From Candidatus Baldrarchaeum yapensis (GTDB taxonomy: Archaea; Asgardarchaeota; Baldrarchaeia; Baldrarchaeales; Baldrarchaeaceae), in the NCBI GenBank assembly GCA_016840465.1, contig JAEOSH010000002.1, positions 36,782 to 100,781 of the forward strand: DNA of 64,000 bases, read 5' to 3'. The notes below the pieces were generated by a model. The model was not told where the DNA came from, did not search any database, and saw only the letters and a list, made by a program, of their open reading frames with translations. Position numbers and translations under genes: made by a program. Every line of letters starts with the position of its first letter. The first letter of the stretch is position 1. This document shows, one piece after another, positions 1 to 10,192 of the stretch.

Positions 1-618
1 AACGTAGTCATTCTCCCTCAGAAAATCCATTATTTCGGAAGGTGTGTTTACGAGATATACACTACAATAGGCCCCTAATCCGCGCCTCTCGATTTCCTGT
101 AATAATTCTTCGCTATCGACCAGTACAATCCTCCCGCTTATATATTTCTTGAAAACTGCCTTCTTTAACGACCTCATCTGAGATAAAAGATTGCTAATCT
201 TTGTAATCACCTGTTCGTCCAAGGACAACACAAAATTTCGCGCATCTGTAAAGTATTTAAGTCTACTAAGTATTTCATTCACTTTGCTCGACGGAAGAGG
301 GAAATAAAGGAGCAATTTTTCTTTCCCATAGTCAGTTCTCGCATAGGATCTTATGATTCTCAAAATGTTCTCGTAAATTTCAAAGGCATCCCTTGTTTTT
401 AGCACGGTATCCGGAGATACACCTTCACGCATCTCATATGCTTTCATTACTATCTTCACTGCGAGTTTTCTTCCGATACCGGGTATGGACGCTATATCTG
501 CGATTCTTCCATCAAATATCGCAGATAAGGCGGACTCTTCTGATCCGAAATGGTCTATTAACTTCTCAGCAACCTTGGGTCCTACACCTGGGATGTCAGT
601 AAGCTTCTTCACTTCCAT
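1..618 (-). CDS. Partial protein of unknown function with an N-terminal tandem helix-hairpin-helix (HhH)2 domain; C-terminus lies beyond the window start
   Basis: Manual translation of the minus strand from ATG 616-618 is open through position 1 (206 codons). N-terminus LTDIPGVGPKVAEKLIDHFGS...IASIPGIGRKLAVKIV resembles UvrC/XPF-type (HhH)2. Absent from the ORF track, presumably because its stop is outside the window. Confidence 0.5.
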   Translation of the reverse strand, partial: MEVKKLTDIPGVGPKVAEKLIDHFGSEESALSAIFDGRIADIASIPGIGRKLAVKIVMKAYEMREGVSPDTVLKTRDAFEIYENILRIIRSYARTDYGKEKLLLYFPLPSSKVNEILSRLKYFTDARNFVLSLDEQVITKISNLLSQMRSLKKAVFKKYISGRIVLVDSEELLQEIERRGLGAYCSVYLVNTPSEIMDFLRENDYV

Positions 619-830
619 TCCGATTGTTACCTCGTGTCTCTTTAGATTCTGTGGTTTTTGATTCAAAACCTACTGAGTATTTTATCCAAGTTATTGTTTT
701 AATTATTGTTGCGGCAGTCATCTCGAACTATTACCCTTATCGGCTAGGGCTTAAACTTGTGATCTTTGTTCGTAAAATTTTTCTGTAAGCAGATCAAAGA
801 AGATGAGAAAAAGCATTCGAGGATGAAACT

Positions 831-1997
831 ATGCAATCTGGCAGAAAAACTCCATTACTAATGCTACCTGGACCAACAAACGTTCCTGATGAGGTATTAA
901 AGGCAATGCAGATGGGAATTATAAACCATAGAGGGGATGACTTCCATAAACTGTATGAGGAGATAACTGAAGGGTTGAAGTATGTTTTTCAAACGGAGCA
1001 GGAGGTCTTTACACTCACGGCCTCAGGAACTGGTGCGGTTGAGACGGCGATCTCCAACGTCATAAAGCCAGGAGATAACGTTTTGGTGTTGGTAAATGGA
1101 GAGTTCGGGGAAAGAGCAGCAAAAATGGCCGAGATATTTGGAGGAAAAGTGTATAAGCTAACCGCTGATTACGGGTACGCCATTCTTCCGGGCATGCTTG
1201 AGGATTTTCTAGAGAGAAATAAAAACATGGATGTTATGGTATTTGTGTACAACGAGACTTCCACTGGTGTCAGAAATCCAGCAAGAGAGTTAGTTTCTAT
1301 TGCGAAAGATCATGGATTGCTGACCATATGCGATGCAATTTCTAACTTGGGCGGAGATTATTTGTATATGGACAAATGGGGCATAGATGTCGTTGTTTCA
1401 GGTTCGCAGAAGTGCATAGCCGCACCTCCTGGGCTTTCATTTATAGCCTTAAGCGATGATGCATGGAAAAAAGTGGAGAGGAACGATTCTCGCAGAAACT
1501 ACTACTTTGACCTCATAAGAATAAGAGAATTCCATGAAAGGAGGGAAACTCCTTTTACACCGGCAATCTCATTGTTTTATGCTTTGAAAGTCGCATTAGA
1601 ATTAATTAGGGAAGAGGGGCTGGAAAATCGAATAAAAAGACACATCGTATGTTCAAAAGCCCTCAGAGAAGGGTTACGGTCGTTGAATTTGAAACTACTT
1701 GTAAAGGACGAAGAATTTGCATCACGAACAGTAACCGCGGTAATAAATCCCGATAATATTTTAGATTCTGAAATACGCAAACTTATGCTTGACAAATACA
1801 ACATTGCAATTGCAGGGGGCATGGGGAAACTTAAAGGGAAAATATTTAGAGTTGGCACAATGGGAATAATCAATAGAGACCTTGTAATTAGGTTTCTCGA
1901 GGCACTTGAAAACGTTCTCAGAGAATTAGGGTATAATATTACTGAGATGGGAAAATCACTTGTGGTGGCAAATAATGTGTTCGAAAGAAACTCCTAG
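831..1997 (+). CDS. Class V aminotransferase (alanine-glyoxylate / serine-pyruvate aminotransferase family)
   Basis: 388 aa; PLP-lysine motif VVSGSQKCIAAPPGLSF; overall AGXT-like architecture. Confidence 0.8.
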   Translation: MQSGRKTPLLMLPGPTNVPDEVLKAMQMGIINHRGDDFHKLYEEITEGLKYVFQTEQEVFTLTASGTGAVETAISNVIKPGDNVLVLVNGEFGERAAKMAEIFGGKVYKLTADYGYAILPGMLEDFLERNKNMDVMVFVYNETSTGVRNPARELVSIAKDHGLLTICDAISNLGGDYLYMDKWGIDVVVSGSQKCIAAPPGLSFIALSDDAWKKVERNDSRRNYYFDLIRIREFHERRETPFTPAISLFYALKVALELIREEGLENRIKRHIVCSKALREGLRSLNLKLLVKDEEFASRTVTAVINPDNILDSEIRKLMLDKYNIAIAGGMGKLKGKIFRVGTMGIINRDLVIRFLEALENVLRELGYNITEMGKSLVVANNVFERNS

Positions 1998-2808
1998 TGT
2001 TGAACGACCAATAATAGCAATACTTACGGATTTTGGTACCAATACCTGGTATCCAGCTGCAATGAAGGGTGTAATTTTATCAATATGCCCTGATGTTAAC
2101 ATCGTAGATATCTCTCATGAGGCACCAAGTTACGACGTTATTTCTTCCTCCTTTATATTATTGCAGACGATAAAATATTTTCCTAAGGGAACAATATTTT
2201 TAGTCGTTGTAGATCCTGGTGTCGGAACGAGGAGAAGAAGAATTGCAATAAAGACAAAAAATTACTATTTTGTCGGGCCAGATAATGGCGTGATGATTCC
2301 CGCGGCCAGATGGGATGGAATTGTGAAAATAGTCGAGATAAGCAACAAGAGGTATATGCTTCCTAAAGTTTCTAAGACTTTTGAAGGACGTGACGTGTTT
2401 GCACCCGCGGCAGCATATTTGGCCCGTGGAGTAAAGATAGAGGATTTTGGGGATGAAATTTCCGATCCGGTCGATTTACACATACCAAGACCTGTGCTTA
2501 GGGAAGATGCTATAGAAGCCGAGGTAATTTACATAGATAAATTTGGAAACATCATAACAAACGTGCATGCTGATCTCTTACAAAAATTAAAGATTAACGT
2601 CGGATCTGTATTTACCGTCGAAATCAAAGGAAGAAGGTACGAAATTCCATTCGCATCCACATATGGTGATGTGAGCAAGGGAGAGCCGTTGTTGTTAATT
2701 GATAGCTCTGATTACCTCGAATTGTCAATAAACATGGGAAACGCCGCTGAAACCTTCGGTTTGAAGCGAGGAGATAAAGTATTATTGAGGGTTGCTGAGA
2801 AGAAGTAG
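1960..2808 (+). CDS. S-adenosyl-L-methionine hydroxide adenosyltransferase family protein (DUF62, fluorinase/chlorinase-like)
   Basis: IIAILTDFGTNTWYPAAMKGV..VVDPGVGT matches DUF62. Overlaps the upstream CDS by 38 nt; start may be the Met at 1975. Confidence 0.75.
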   Translation: MWWQIMCSKETPSVERPIIAILTDFGTNTWYPAAMKGVILSICPDVNIVDISHEAPSYDVISSSFILLQTIKYFPKGTIFLVVVDPGVGTRRRRIAIKTKNYYFVGPDNGVMIPAARWDGIVKIVEISNKRYMLPKVSKTFEGRDVFAPAAAYLARGVKIEDFGDEISDPVDLHIPRPVLREDAIEAEVIYIDKFGNIITNVHADLLQKLKINVGSVFTVEIKGRRYEIPFASTYGDVSKGEPLLLIDSSDYLELSINMGNAAETFGLKRGDKVLLRVAEKK

Positions 2809-3489
2809 TAGTTCTTCCGCTCTAATGATATACTCATTTGGTACGAGCCCCTTCTCACTTATGGGTATACCTTCTCTAGTCAATAGGTTCCACTTGTGCT
2901 GTACTCCATAACTATACCCACCTAAACTTCTGTCCTTCATGATCACGCGATGGCAGGGAATCACCAACGGCAGCGGGTTCCTAGCCAATATGCGCGCCAC
3001 TTTTCTTGCATACCTGTTAGTTCCTGCAATAACCTTAGAAATTTCGCCGTACGTTGTTACAAATCCTCTAGGAATTTTCATAGTTATTGATAACACTTCC
3101 TTGTCAAATCGAGGTATCTTGTCCATAATGTATACCTCTCTTTCGGAAAATTTTACCCCTCCACTTGTCCACGCCGACCATAGTTTGTAAATGTATTTTT
3201 CAGATCTTCTACGCAGATTTCGAGGAAGCTTAGAAATGGGAACAAAGTGTACATCCCTCGAATTTTTTATTGTTTTAAAGTATCTGTCTCTTATGTCTCT
3301 AAAGGCCAACATTGAAACATTTAGCGGCCTCTGTATTCTGAATTTCTGCAAAACATTGAGAATGCACACGAGAGTGTCTTTTAAATCCAACATTGGTATA
3401 GTACTACACACGAGCCTTCCATCATCCGAGATACAAATTCCAATCCATGAGTTTTCTTTCCTTCCCGCTATGATGAACAGTTCATCCAT
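2782..3489 (-). CDS. ogt: Methylated-DNA-protein-cysteine methyltransferase (O6-alkylguanine-DNA alkyltransferase) with N-terminal domain
   Basis: C-terminal active-site motif IPCHRVI with a wHTH (VTTYGEISKVIAG); 235 aa. Confidence 0.8.
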   Translation of the reverse strand: MDELFIIAGRKENSWIGICISDDGRLVCSTIPMLDLKDTLVCILNVLQKFRIQRPLNVSMLAFRDIRDRYFKTIKNSRDVHFVPISKLPRNLRRRSEKYIYKLWSAWTSGGVKFSEREVYIMDKIPRFDKEVLSITMKIPRGFVTTYGEISKVIAGTNRYARKVARILARNPLPLVIPCHRVIMKDRSLGGYSYGVQHKWNLLTREGIPISEKGLVPNEYIIRAEELLLLLSNPQ

Positions 3490-3518
3490 TTACGTCCCCG
3501 ACCTTTAAAGAGATAAGT

Positions 3519-4604
3519 GTGAACTTGTTAATCATAGGTCGGAGTGTGCATCAAATGATAAAGATAGATGGGAGTCAAAAAGAAGGTGGCGGGCAAATTT
3601 TAAGATATAGCTGTGCACTTTCGGCAATATTAAGTCAGCCAATAGAAGTTTTTAACATAAGGGCCAAGCGTTCAAACCCAGGACTCAGAGCACAGCACAT
3701 AACTGCGGTTAAACTAATAGGAGAAATGGTCGATGCACAGATAACGGGACTCAGCGTAGGATCCATGAAAATTCAATTCATACCGCGATCCAAACCTAAG
3801 GGAAAAAGTTATTTCTTAGATGTTGGAACCGCCGGATCTACAGCATTAGTGTTACAGGCAGCGCTTCCCGTTGCGACATTTGCGGACAATAATGTGAAAC
3901 TGCGGCTGATTGGGGGCACATCGGTTCGTTGGGCACCCCCGATGCTCTACTTTAAAGAGGTCTTACTTCCTCTTCTGGAGAAATTTGGTGTTAAAGCCGA
4001 AATTAATATCGAGCGCGAAGGGTACTACCCTAAGGGAGGAGGAATTATTGAGGCGCTCATTAGTCCTAGTGATAGGCTGTCTGCGATCTCTTTAGACGAA
4101 TACAGCGAGGTTATCGCAATTAGAGGAGTATCCTATTGTACTAACCTGCCTGCACATGTTGCGGAAAGACAGGCAAGAAGCGCAGAAGAGATTCTAAAAT
4201 CTTCCGGATTTGAAAATGTAGAGATAATAGTCGACCCGAGAAGGAGGGGTGTTGGAACGGGTTCAGGTATAGTTCTGTGGGCAGTTACTGACCAGGGCAT
4301 AGTCGGCGGCGACGCACTTGGAGAAAAGGGGAAGCGGGCAGAAGTCGTCGGAAGAGAGGCCGCTGAGAAGTTAATAAAAGCTTTAAAGACAAAATCTCCA
4401 ATAGATGAGCATGCTCTTGACAATTTAATAATTTACATGGCACTTGCAGACGGAGAATCTAGAGTTGTTGCGCCCGAGTTGACATTACATGCAGATACCG
4501 CAATCGATCTATGTAAAATGATAGTAGGCGCGGAATTCAAAGTTATAAAACGCCCCCAAAACGTCGAGGTTGTATGCAAAGGCATAGGCTTCTCACGTGA
4601 CTAA
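3519..4604 (+). CDS. rtcA: RNA 3'-terminal phosphate cyclase
   Basis: KIDGSQKEGGGQILRYSCALSAIL N-terminal signature; about 345-360 aa. Start may be the Met at 3555 (MIKIDGS). Confidence 0.85.
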   Translation: MNLLIIGRSVHQMIKIDGSQKEGGGQILRYSCALSAILSQPIEVFNIRAKRSNPGLRAQHITAVKLIGEMVDAQITGLSVGSMKIQFIPRSKPKGKSYFLDVGTAGSTALVLQAALPVATFADNNVKLRLIGGTSVRWAPPMLYFKEVLLPLLEKFGVKAEINIEREGYYPKGGGIIEALISPSDRLSAISLDEYSEVIAIRGVSYCTNLPAHVAERQARSAEEILKSSGFENVEIIVDPRRRGVGTGSGIVLWAVTDQGIVGGDALGEKGKRAEVVGREAAEKLIKALKTKSPIDEHALDNLIIYMALADGESRVVAPELTLHADTAIDLCKMIVGAEFKVIKRPQNVEVVCKGIGFSRD

Positions 4605-5642
4605 TCAGGTAGTCTTTTCTTTAAAGTAATACGATAATGCTCTATCTAACGCCTCCTTAACGCCTATCCCTTCTATCGCCACCATCTCAATCGCATCTTC
4701 TCCAAAGTACTTCTTCGCTTCCTTCACCTTATCAGGAGGAGAGATGTCGATTTTGTTGATGGCAACGATCTTCGGTATCTCCTTAAATGCTTCGCAGAAT
4801 TCTTTGAAGAGCGCGACTTGCTCATCAAGAGTATATCCGCATGATGCAGAGGGATCCACTATGAATATCATCACATTTGCCAAGTGACGCAAAGCCAGTA
4901 TCGCTTGCATCTCAGCTTTATTTCTTTTGGATATAGGCCTATCAAGAACCCCCGGCAAGTCTAAGATCTGGCAACGCTCTTCATTGAGTTCTATGTGCCC
5001 AACAATGATATTTTTTGTTGTAAAGGGATATGGTGCTATTTCCGGCTTTGCTGACGATACTTGCTTCACGAAGGTGCTTTTGCCGACGTTTGGATAACCC
5101 GTTACGACAATTGTAAAGAGGGAGGGGTCTATGGATGGTATCCTCATCATTTTCTCGCGCGCACTCCTAAGAAATTCAAATTTATCATCTAATTCTTTGA
5201 CAAAACTTGCAATTCTTCCATATGCGGCCCTTCTTTCAAACGCTGCCTCTCTAGGTGTTGCGGATAGCCTTATCCTTAAAATGTGTTCTCTTGCTATTTT
5301 TTCAACAACCTCTGTTGCTTTATTTATGGCCCCTAAATATTTCCTGAGCGTATCCACGCCCACAAGAAGGTCTATTAGATCTCTATAAAAGGGATGTAAA
5401 TCCCTTATAAAGGGAAAACTGTCGACAATCTTCTTTAATCTATCTCTTATCACTTGCATAACCGTTCTTACTCTTGCCTCTTCCCGTCTTCTCGCTTTCA
5501 CTATCGGGGGGAGTTTTTCCTTAAGCCCTACGGAAACCTTCGATGCCCTCCTGAAAGCCACATCTATTAACTGCGCAGCTGTTGGTATTTCTGGGATTTT
5601 GCTGAAGTCGATGACGGTCATTTTTAATACCTCTTTGACCAT
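4605..5642 (-). CDS. NOG1-family GTP-binding protein (ribosome biogenesis GTPase)
   Basis: P-loop GYPNVGKSTF and G2 PYPFTTK, with a NOG1-type N-terminal helical domain. Confidence 0.75.
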   Translation of the reverse strand: MVKEVLKMTVIDFSKIPEIPTAAQLIDVAFRRASKVSVGLKEKLPPIVKARRREEARVRTVMQVIRDRLKKIVDSFPFIRDLHPFYRDLIDLLVGVDTLRKYLGAINKATEVVEKIAREHILRIRLSATPREAAFERRAAYGRIASFVKELDDKFEFLRSAREKMMRIPSIDPSLFTIVVTGYPNVGKSTFVKQVSSAKPEIAPYPFTTKNIIVGHIELNEERCQILDLPGVLDRPISKRNKAEMQAILALRHLANVMIFIVDPSASCGYTLDEQVALFKEFCEAFKEIPKIVAINKIDISPPDKVKEAKKYFGEDAIEMVAIEGIGVKEALDRALSYYFKEKTT

Positions 5643-5926
5643 TTTACCTCTCCAGTGTCTCTCCTTCGTACCTCAAGCACTCTATGTAATGGTATATACA
5701 CCTCTTCACCCTTTTCATCGGTGTAAATGAGAAACTGCGCGTCAACTCTCTTAATTAACGATGCTGAAATTATCTTTCTTGCTCGGTATGCTCCCCGATG
5801 CAAAATCACAACCTCATAATTTTCGGGATCCTCACGCGGATCCCAGAGGATCTTGTTGAGAACATCTCTAATCCACATACCTTTTCCTCGCTTGATCATG
5901 ACCAACAGCTTCCAGTTCGTAGTCAT
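5624..5926 (-). CDS. Small conserved hypothetical protein (about 85-100 aa)
   Basis: ORF overlaps the DUF1152 stop; real start probably an internal Met near 5878. Sequence WDPRE...YEVVILHRGA...IPLHRVLEV has a conserved-small-protein character; family not confidently recognised. Confidence 0.4.
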   Translation of the reverse strand: MTTNWKLLVMIKRGKGMWIRDVLNKILWDPREDPENYEVVILHRGAYRARKIISASLIKRVDAQFLIYTDEKGEEVYIPLHRVLEVRRRDTGEVKWSKRY

Positions 5927-6839
5927 ACTCCGTTTTTATTCCTAACCTATGTAATGCCTCGACTGCCTCCATAAAGGATTCCGTATGCGCCACTGCTTGC
6001 GCCAATGGACTTATACTGTATAAAACGTTAGGAGATAATAGAAATACCAATGTCGATAAAATGGAAACATGCGCATATCTTCTGCCTCTCCTTATTATTT
6101 TAAGTCCTAAGTTGCCATCAAACACCAATACAGGCAATCTGCTTGCCTCTGTCTCGATAATTGTTAAAGCTTCCTTCATGATGACATACTCGTCGCGCAA
6201 CATGCCAATCGCACCTAGATATCCTCCCATTCGAGCGACCTCCTCTATCCTTGACAATGCCTCATCTACTGTAAGTTCACCATCACATCCCACGCCAAAC
6301 ACACCTATTATTGTCGGGACATCCATCTGCGCAAGAGCCGCCAGCATCATCGAATCCGCGAGAGGACTCTGAAGGCCCGGTTCTTTTCCCTCGGCTAATA
6401 CATCACCGCCCACGTCTATACCTATAATTGCTCCAATATTCACTCGCTTTGCCAGGTCTTTAAGCCCTCTAATTATTCCTTTCACACCCTTGTTTATGTC
6501 GACTAAAATGACACCTCTCCCAAGTATTTTTGAGAGCTTGCTTGCCTGAAAAACCACACCACTTTTCGTTTTTGTTTGCGGACCTGCTAGTGCCACTGTT
6601 TCACTAATCCTCACGATGCCGTCTATTTCATCTAAAGCTCTAGGTCCAGGTTTTCCACTGACCTCTATCCTCTCCCACGTCAATGAACCCAACACGACGG
6701 GGACGCCGAGCCTTTCAAGAAAGAACATCATTGGGAGGCAACCTAAGATGTCACCACCACCTCCAATTCCTATGACTAAGCACATACTTCCCGATTGCTT
6801 TAAGTCTGCTAATAATGACATTAACATTTTAGACACCAT
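5868..6839 (-). CDS. DUF1152-like archaeal protein
   Basis: 323 aa with an IGIGGGGDILG glycine-rich motif near the N-terminus; assignment from memory of the family, not verified. Confidence 0.45.
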   Translation of the reverse strand: MVSKMLMSLLADLKQSGSMCLVIGIGGGGDILGCLPMMFFLERLGVPVVLGSLTWERIEVSGKPGPRALDEIDGIVRISETVALAGPQTKTKSGVVFQASKLSKILGRGVILVDINKGVKGIIRGLKDLAKRVNIGAIIGIDVGGDVLAEGKEPGLQSPLADSMMLAALAQMDVPTIIGVFGVGCDGELTVDEALSRIEEVARMGGYLGAIGMLRDEYVIMKEALTIIETEASRLPVLVFDGNLGLKIIRRGRRYAHVSILSTLVFLLSPNVLYSISPLAQAVAHTESFMEAVEALHRLGIKTEYDYELEAVGHDQARKRYVD

Positions 6840-6863
6840 CTCCTAGGAACTTCAGGGGTCCTT

Positions 6864-8258
6864 ATGCACAAAGACGTAACGATAGATAAACATGCTCATA
6901 AAGCTTTAACAATAGTTTTAGCATTAGATGAGAATTGGTACAGTTTTGCACCGTTACTGGCGTCTCTGGAGAAAAATGCAGACGTACTGAGGTTAACAGA
7001 CGTTGTTATTTGTAAAACTCTTAAAGAGTATATGATGGAAATTCGTCGAAGGGGGAATCTCTACGATAAGATTTTAGTGCTACTATCTTTCTTTACAACT
7101 CAAATTTCCGAAATTACGCTCATTTTCAGGGAAACCAACCTCATGAGACGACATTTAAACGAAAATATCCTGCTTATATGTGGAGGGCCTCATCCGAGTG
7201 GTGATCCAATAAAAACATTAAAACTGGGAGCGGATGTTGTTGTAAGGGGAGAAGGAGAGTACATTCTCCCGCCTTTACTTAGGGCTATTATAATAGGAGA
7301 GCCATTAAGGGAGAGCCTAAGGAATATTGCAGAGGTTATTTGCATTGATAACAGTAACAAATTTGTGATATCGCCGAGTGTGATGGTCAACCTTGATGAG
7401 GTTTCTCCATATTCCAGCAAATGGAATCTTCATCCGCCCATAGAGATAAGTAGAGGATGCCCCTTTGGCTGCAAGTACTGCGAAGTTTCATATATTTTTG
7501 GAAAGAAAATGCGCCATAGAAGCGTTGATTCCATAGAAAGGATAGCAAAACATTACATCGCTCGTGGGCTGACAGATCTCAGATTCATATCATCGAACTC
7601 GTTTGCTTATGGTTCGAGGAATGGTGTTCGGCCGAATCCTCAAAAGGTTATAAAGTTGTTGCGACGATTGCATGCGCTTAATGGAGAAAAAAGAATATTT
7701 TTTGGAACATTCCCGTCGGAGGTACGTCCAGACTTTGTAATGCCAGAGCTCGTGGATGCCGTCGTGAAATACTGTAACAATAGAAAAATAGCGGTAGGAG
7801 CGCAGTCGGGTAGTGAAAGAGTGTTAAGGGCTATAGGTAGGGGGCATGATGTGGATTGCGTATATTCGGCCGTTGATATTATCAGGGAGAGAGGACTCAT
7901 TCCGGTAGTCGACGTAATATTTGGGCTTCCACCTGAGAGTCCAGAAGACCAAATGGCCACTCTTGATCTCGTCAAAAACTTAATATCATCAGGAGCGGAG
8001 GTTCGTGTTCATTACTTCATGCCTCTCGCCGGTACGCCATATGCATATGCCACACCCAAACCTCTATTAGATGCTGTGCGAAAAGAGTTAAGGAGGTTAA
8101 CTGGATCAGGTAAAGTGAGAGGTGCCTGGGAATTACAAGAAAGAATTTCCTGGTACTTAGTGCGATGGCGAGAACACACGTCTTCAGAGGGTGTCAACGG
8201 TGGAGCGCATACTGAGCAAGTTACAATTAGTTTTCACGAGAGCAAGAGAAATGCTTGA
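6864..8258 (+). CDS. B12-binding-domain radical SAM protein
   Basis: CxxxCxxC cluster motif ISRGCPFGCKYCE preceded by a cobalamin-binding-like segment ICGGPHPSGDP...GADVVVRGEGE. Confidence 0.7.
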   Translation: MHKDVTIDKHAHKALTIVLALDENWYSFAPLLASLEKNADVLRLTDVVICKTLKEYMMEIRRRGNLYDKILVLLSFFTTQISEITLIFRETNLMRRHLNENILLICGGPHPSGDPIKTLKLGADVVVRGEGEYILPPLLRAIIIGEPLRESLRNIAEVICIDNSNKFVISPSVMVNLDEVSPYSSKWNLHPPIEISRGCPFGCKYCEVSYIFGKKMRHRSVDSIERIAKHYIARGLTDLRFISSNSFAYGSRNGVRPNPQKVIKLLRRLHALNGEKRIFFGTFPSEVRPDFVMPELVDAVVKYCNNRKIAVGAQSGSERVLRAIGRGHDVDCVYSAVDIIRERGLIPVVDVIFGLPPESPEDQMATLDLVKNLISSGAEVRVHYFMPLAGTPYAYATPKPLLDAVRKELRRLTGSGKVRGAWELQERISWYLVRWREHTSSEGVNGGAHTEQVTISFHESKRNA

Positions 8259-8844
8259 CGAGAAAGATAAAGTGCGAGAGGAGGCCCTAAGAACGACCAG
8301 AGAAATCATTAGATTGTGTGGAGAGGCTGTGAGAAGGATGCATCGTGGGGAGTTTGACGAGGCTTTCAAGAACGTTACCGATGCATCACGAAAAATGAGA
8401 GATCTCGAGCAAATCCTTTCATCACATAAAGATATCCTTCATGAGGGATATGTGCAGGCAGCATACCAGGAACTAGCTGAGGCATATATACTCTATCACC
8501 TCTTGAAAAGTAAGGACCTGCCATTGCCGGAGGAAATAGGAGTACCCTACGTGCCTTACATATTGGCTTTAGGAGATGTTATAGGCGAGCTTAGGCGGGT
8601 TATTTTAGACAGATTGAGAAGTGGCGACTTTTCATCGAGTGAAACTTACTTCAGGATAATGGAGGAAATTTTCTCTTATCTAATCACGTTAGATTATCCT
8701 GATGCGCTAATACCCGGTCATAGACGCAAGTGCGATATTGCACGCGGGATTCTTGAAAAGATGCGCGGAGACCTATTTCTTGCTGTACATAGAGAGAAGT
8801 CTATAGAACTCATGAAAAGGCTTTTGGAGAGGTTAAAGAGTTGA
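8191..8844 (+). CDS. Translin family protein
   Basis: All-helical, about 200 aa, with the translin/TRAX signature LGDVIGELRR. Start likely the Met at 8251; stop overlaps the nfi start (ATGA). Confidence 0.65.
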   Translation: MSTVERILSKLQLVFTRAREMLDEKDKVREEALRTTREIIRLCGEAVRRMHRGEFDEAFKNVTDASRKMRDLEQILSSHKDILHEGYVQAAYQELAEAYILYHLLKSKDLPLPEEIGVPYVPYILALGDVIGELRRVILDRLRSGDFSSSETYFRIMEEIFSYLITLDYPDALIPGHRRKCDIARGILEKMRGDLFLAVHREKSIELMKRLLERLKS

Positions 8845-9509
8845 AACGAAATCTACAAACTTATGGCAAAATATCAATCGAAAAAGCTAGAAGAGCACAA
8901 AGACTGCTTGCAGAAATGGTAATCGAGCATGATGATTTCAAGAACCCACCAGATATAATCGGCGGGGTTGATGTTTCCTACCTTGGCAATAGAGCCGTTG
9001 GGGTTGCAGTGCTGCTCGATTTTAGGACACTTGAACTCGTAGAATATGCAACCGCAGTTGTAGATGTCAAATTCCCATATGTCCCGACATTACTCGCATT
9101 TAGAGAATTCTTCCCAATGGCAAAAGCAATACTGTCTTTAAAACGGAATGCGGACATCTATATGATAGATGCTCAAGGCAGACTTCATCCCTACGGACTG
9201 GGAGCCGCATGTCACATTGGAGTCGTATTAGATATTCCGACCATAGGTGTCGCAAAACGCTTGCTTTGCGGCACGATCGGTGCGCGCTCAGATGATGTCG
9301 CCCCCGTTGTTCTAGATGATAAAATCATAGGTGCTGCTGTCTGGACCGGACGTTCCAAAAAGCCCATATTTGTTAGTGTTGGACATAAAGTATCGCTGAA
9401 TACAGCCATTCGTTTAGTTAAGCAGACCACGAGAAAGGGACGAAAGTTGCCAGAACCTATAAGGTTAGCGCATTCGATTGCCACAAGATATAGGTCGAGA
9501 ATTCGGTGA
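8841..9509 (+). CDS. nfi: Endonuclease V (deoxyinosine 3' endonuclease)
   Basis: IIGGVDVSYLGNRAVGVAVLLDF and the following conserved EndoV core. Confidence 0.85.
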   Translation: MKRNLQTYGKISIEKARRAQRLLAEMVIEHDDFKNPPDIIGGVDVSYLGNRAVGVAVLLDFRTLELVEYATAVVDVKFPYVPTLLAFREFFPMAKAILSLKRNADIYMIDAQGRLHPYGLGAACHIGVVLDIPTIGVAKRLLCGTIGARSDDVAPVVLDDKIIGAAVWTGRSKKPIFVSVGHKVSLNTAIRLVKQTTRKGRKLPEPIRLAHSIATRYRSRIR

Positions 9510-10192
9510 GGTTTATGATAAAAGACAGATTATTCACGACATTATATGTACTAGCAAAACTAGGTGCATGCAACAGAGCGGTGGAAATATCTACGGTGAA
9601 ATTGGGGAAAGAATTGGGAATAAGTCAGCAGAGTGCCTCCCGCAGGCTACAAGAACTTGAAAAGTTGGGATTGATAGTGAGAGAAATAAGCAGACGTGGA
9701 CAACTGGTCAGAATTACCGAAAGGGGGTTGGATATGCTAAGAGATTTTTATTATGGCTTACGAGAAATCCTAGAGGGCATATCTCCTGTAATAAGGATTA
9801 GAGGAAAGCTATTTACCGGTCTTGGAGAGGGACGCTTTTATGTGTCACTAGAGGGGTATAGGAGGCAATTTATTGAAAAGTTGGGGTTCGATCCGTATCC
9901 TGGAACATTAAACCTCAAGCTTGTGAGCAAGGAGGACGTTGACGCCTACAGGTCACTATTATCCTCGAGGAATGGAATAAGAATAGAGGGATTCAGCGAT
10001 GAGAAGCGAACCTATGGAGATGCTATCTGCTATCCGGTGCTTATAAATGGGAAAATCCACGGCGCTATTGTGAAAGCCAGACGGACTCATTATGGAGACG
10101 ACGTTGTCGAGGTAATAGCACCAGTTTGTTTGCGAGATTACTTAAAACTAAAGGATGGAGATATCATAGAACTTATTTTCGAGAGATATTAG
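9506..10192 (+). CDS. ribK: CTP-dependent riboflavin kinase with N-terminal wHTH domain
   Basis: GRFYVSLEGYRRQFIEKLGFDPYPGTLNLKL matches archaeal RibK (MJ0056 family); N-terminal 85 aa is a wHTH. Confidence 0.8.
   Translation: MRFMIKDRLFTTLYVLAKLGACNRAVEISTVKLGKELGISQQSASRRLQELEKLGLIVREISRRGQLVRITERGLDMLRDFYYGLREILEGISPVIRIRGKLFTGLGEGRFYVSLEGYRRQFIEKLGFDPYPGTLNLKLVSKEDVDAYRSLLSSRNGIRIEGFSDEKRTYGDAICYPVLINGKIHGAIVKARRTHYGDDVVEVIAPVCLRDYLKLKDGDIIELIFERY

Noticed and set aside
393-602. 69-aa plus-strand ORF
   Set aside because: Antisense to the well-supported minus-strand (HhH)2 gene; no coding character.
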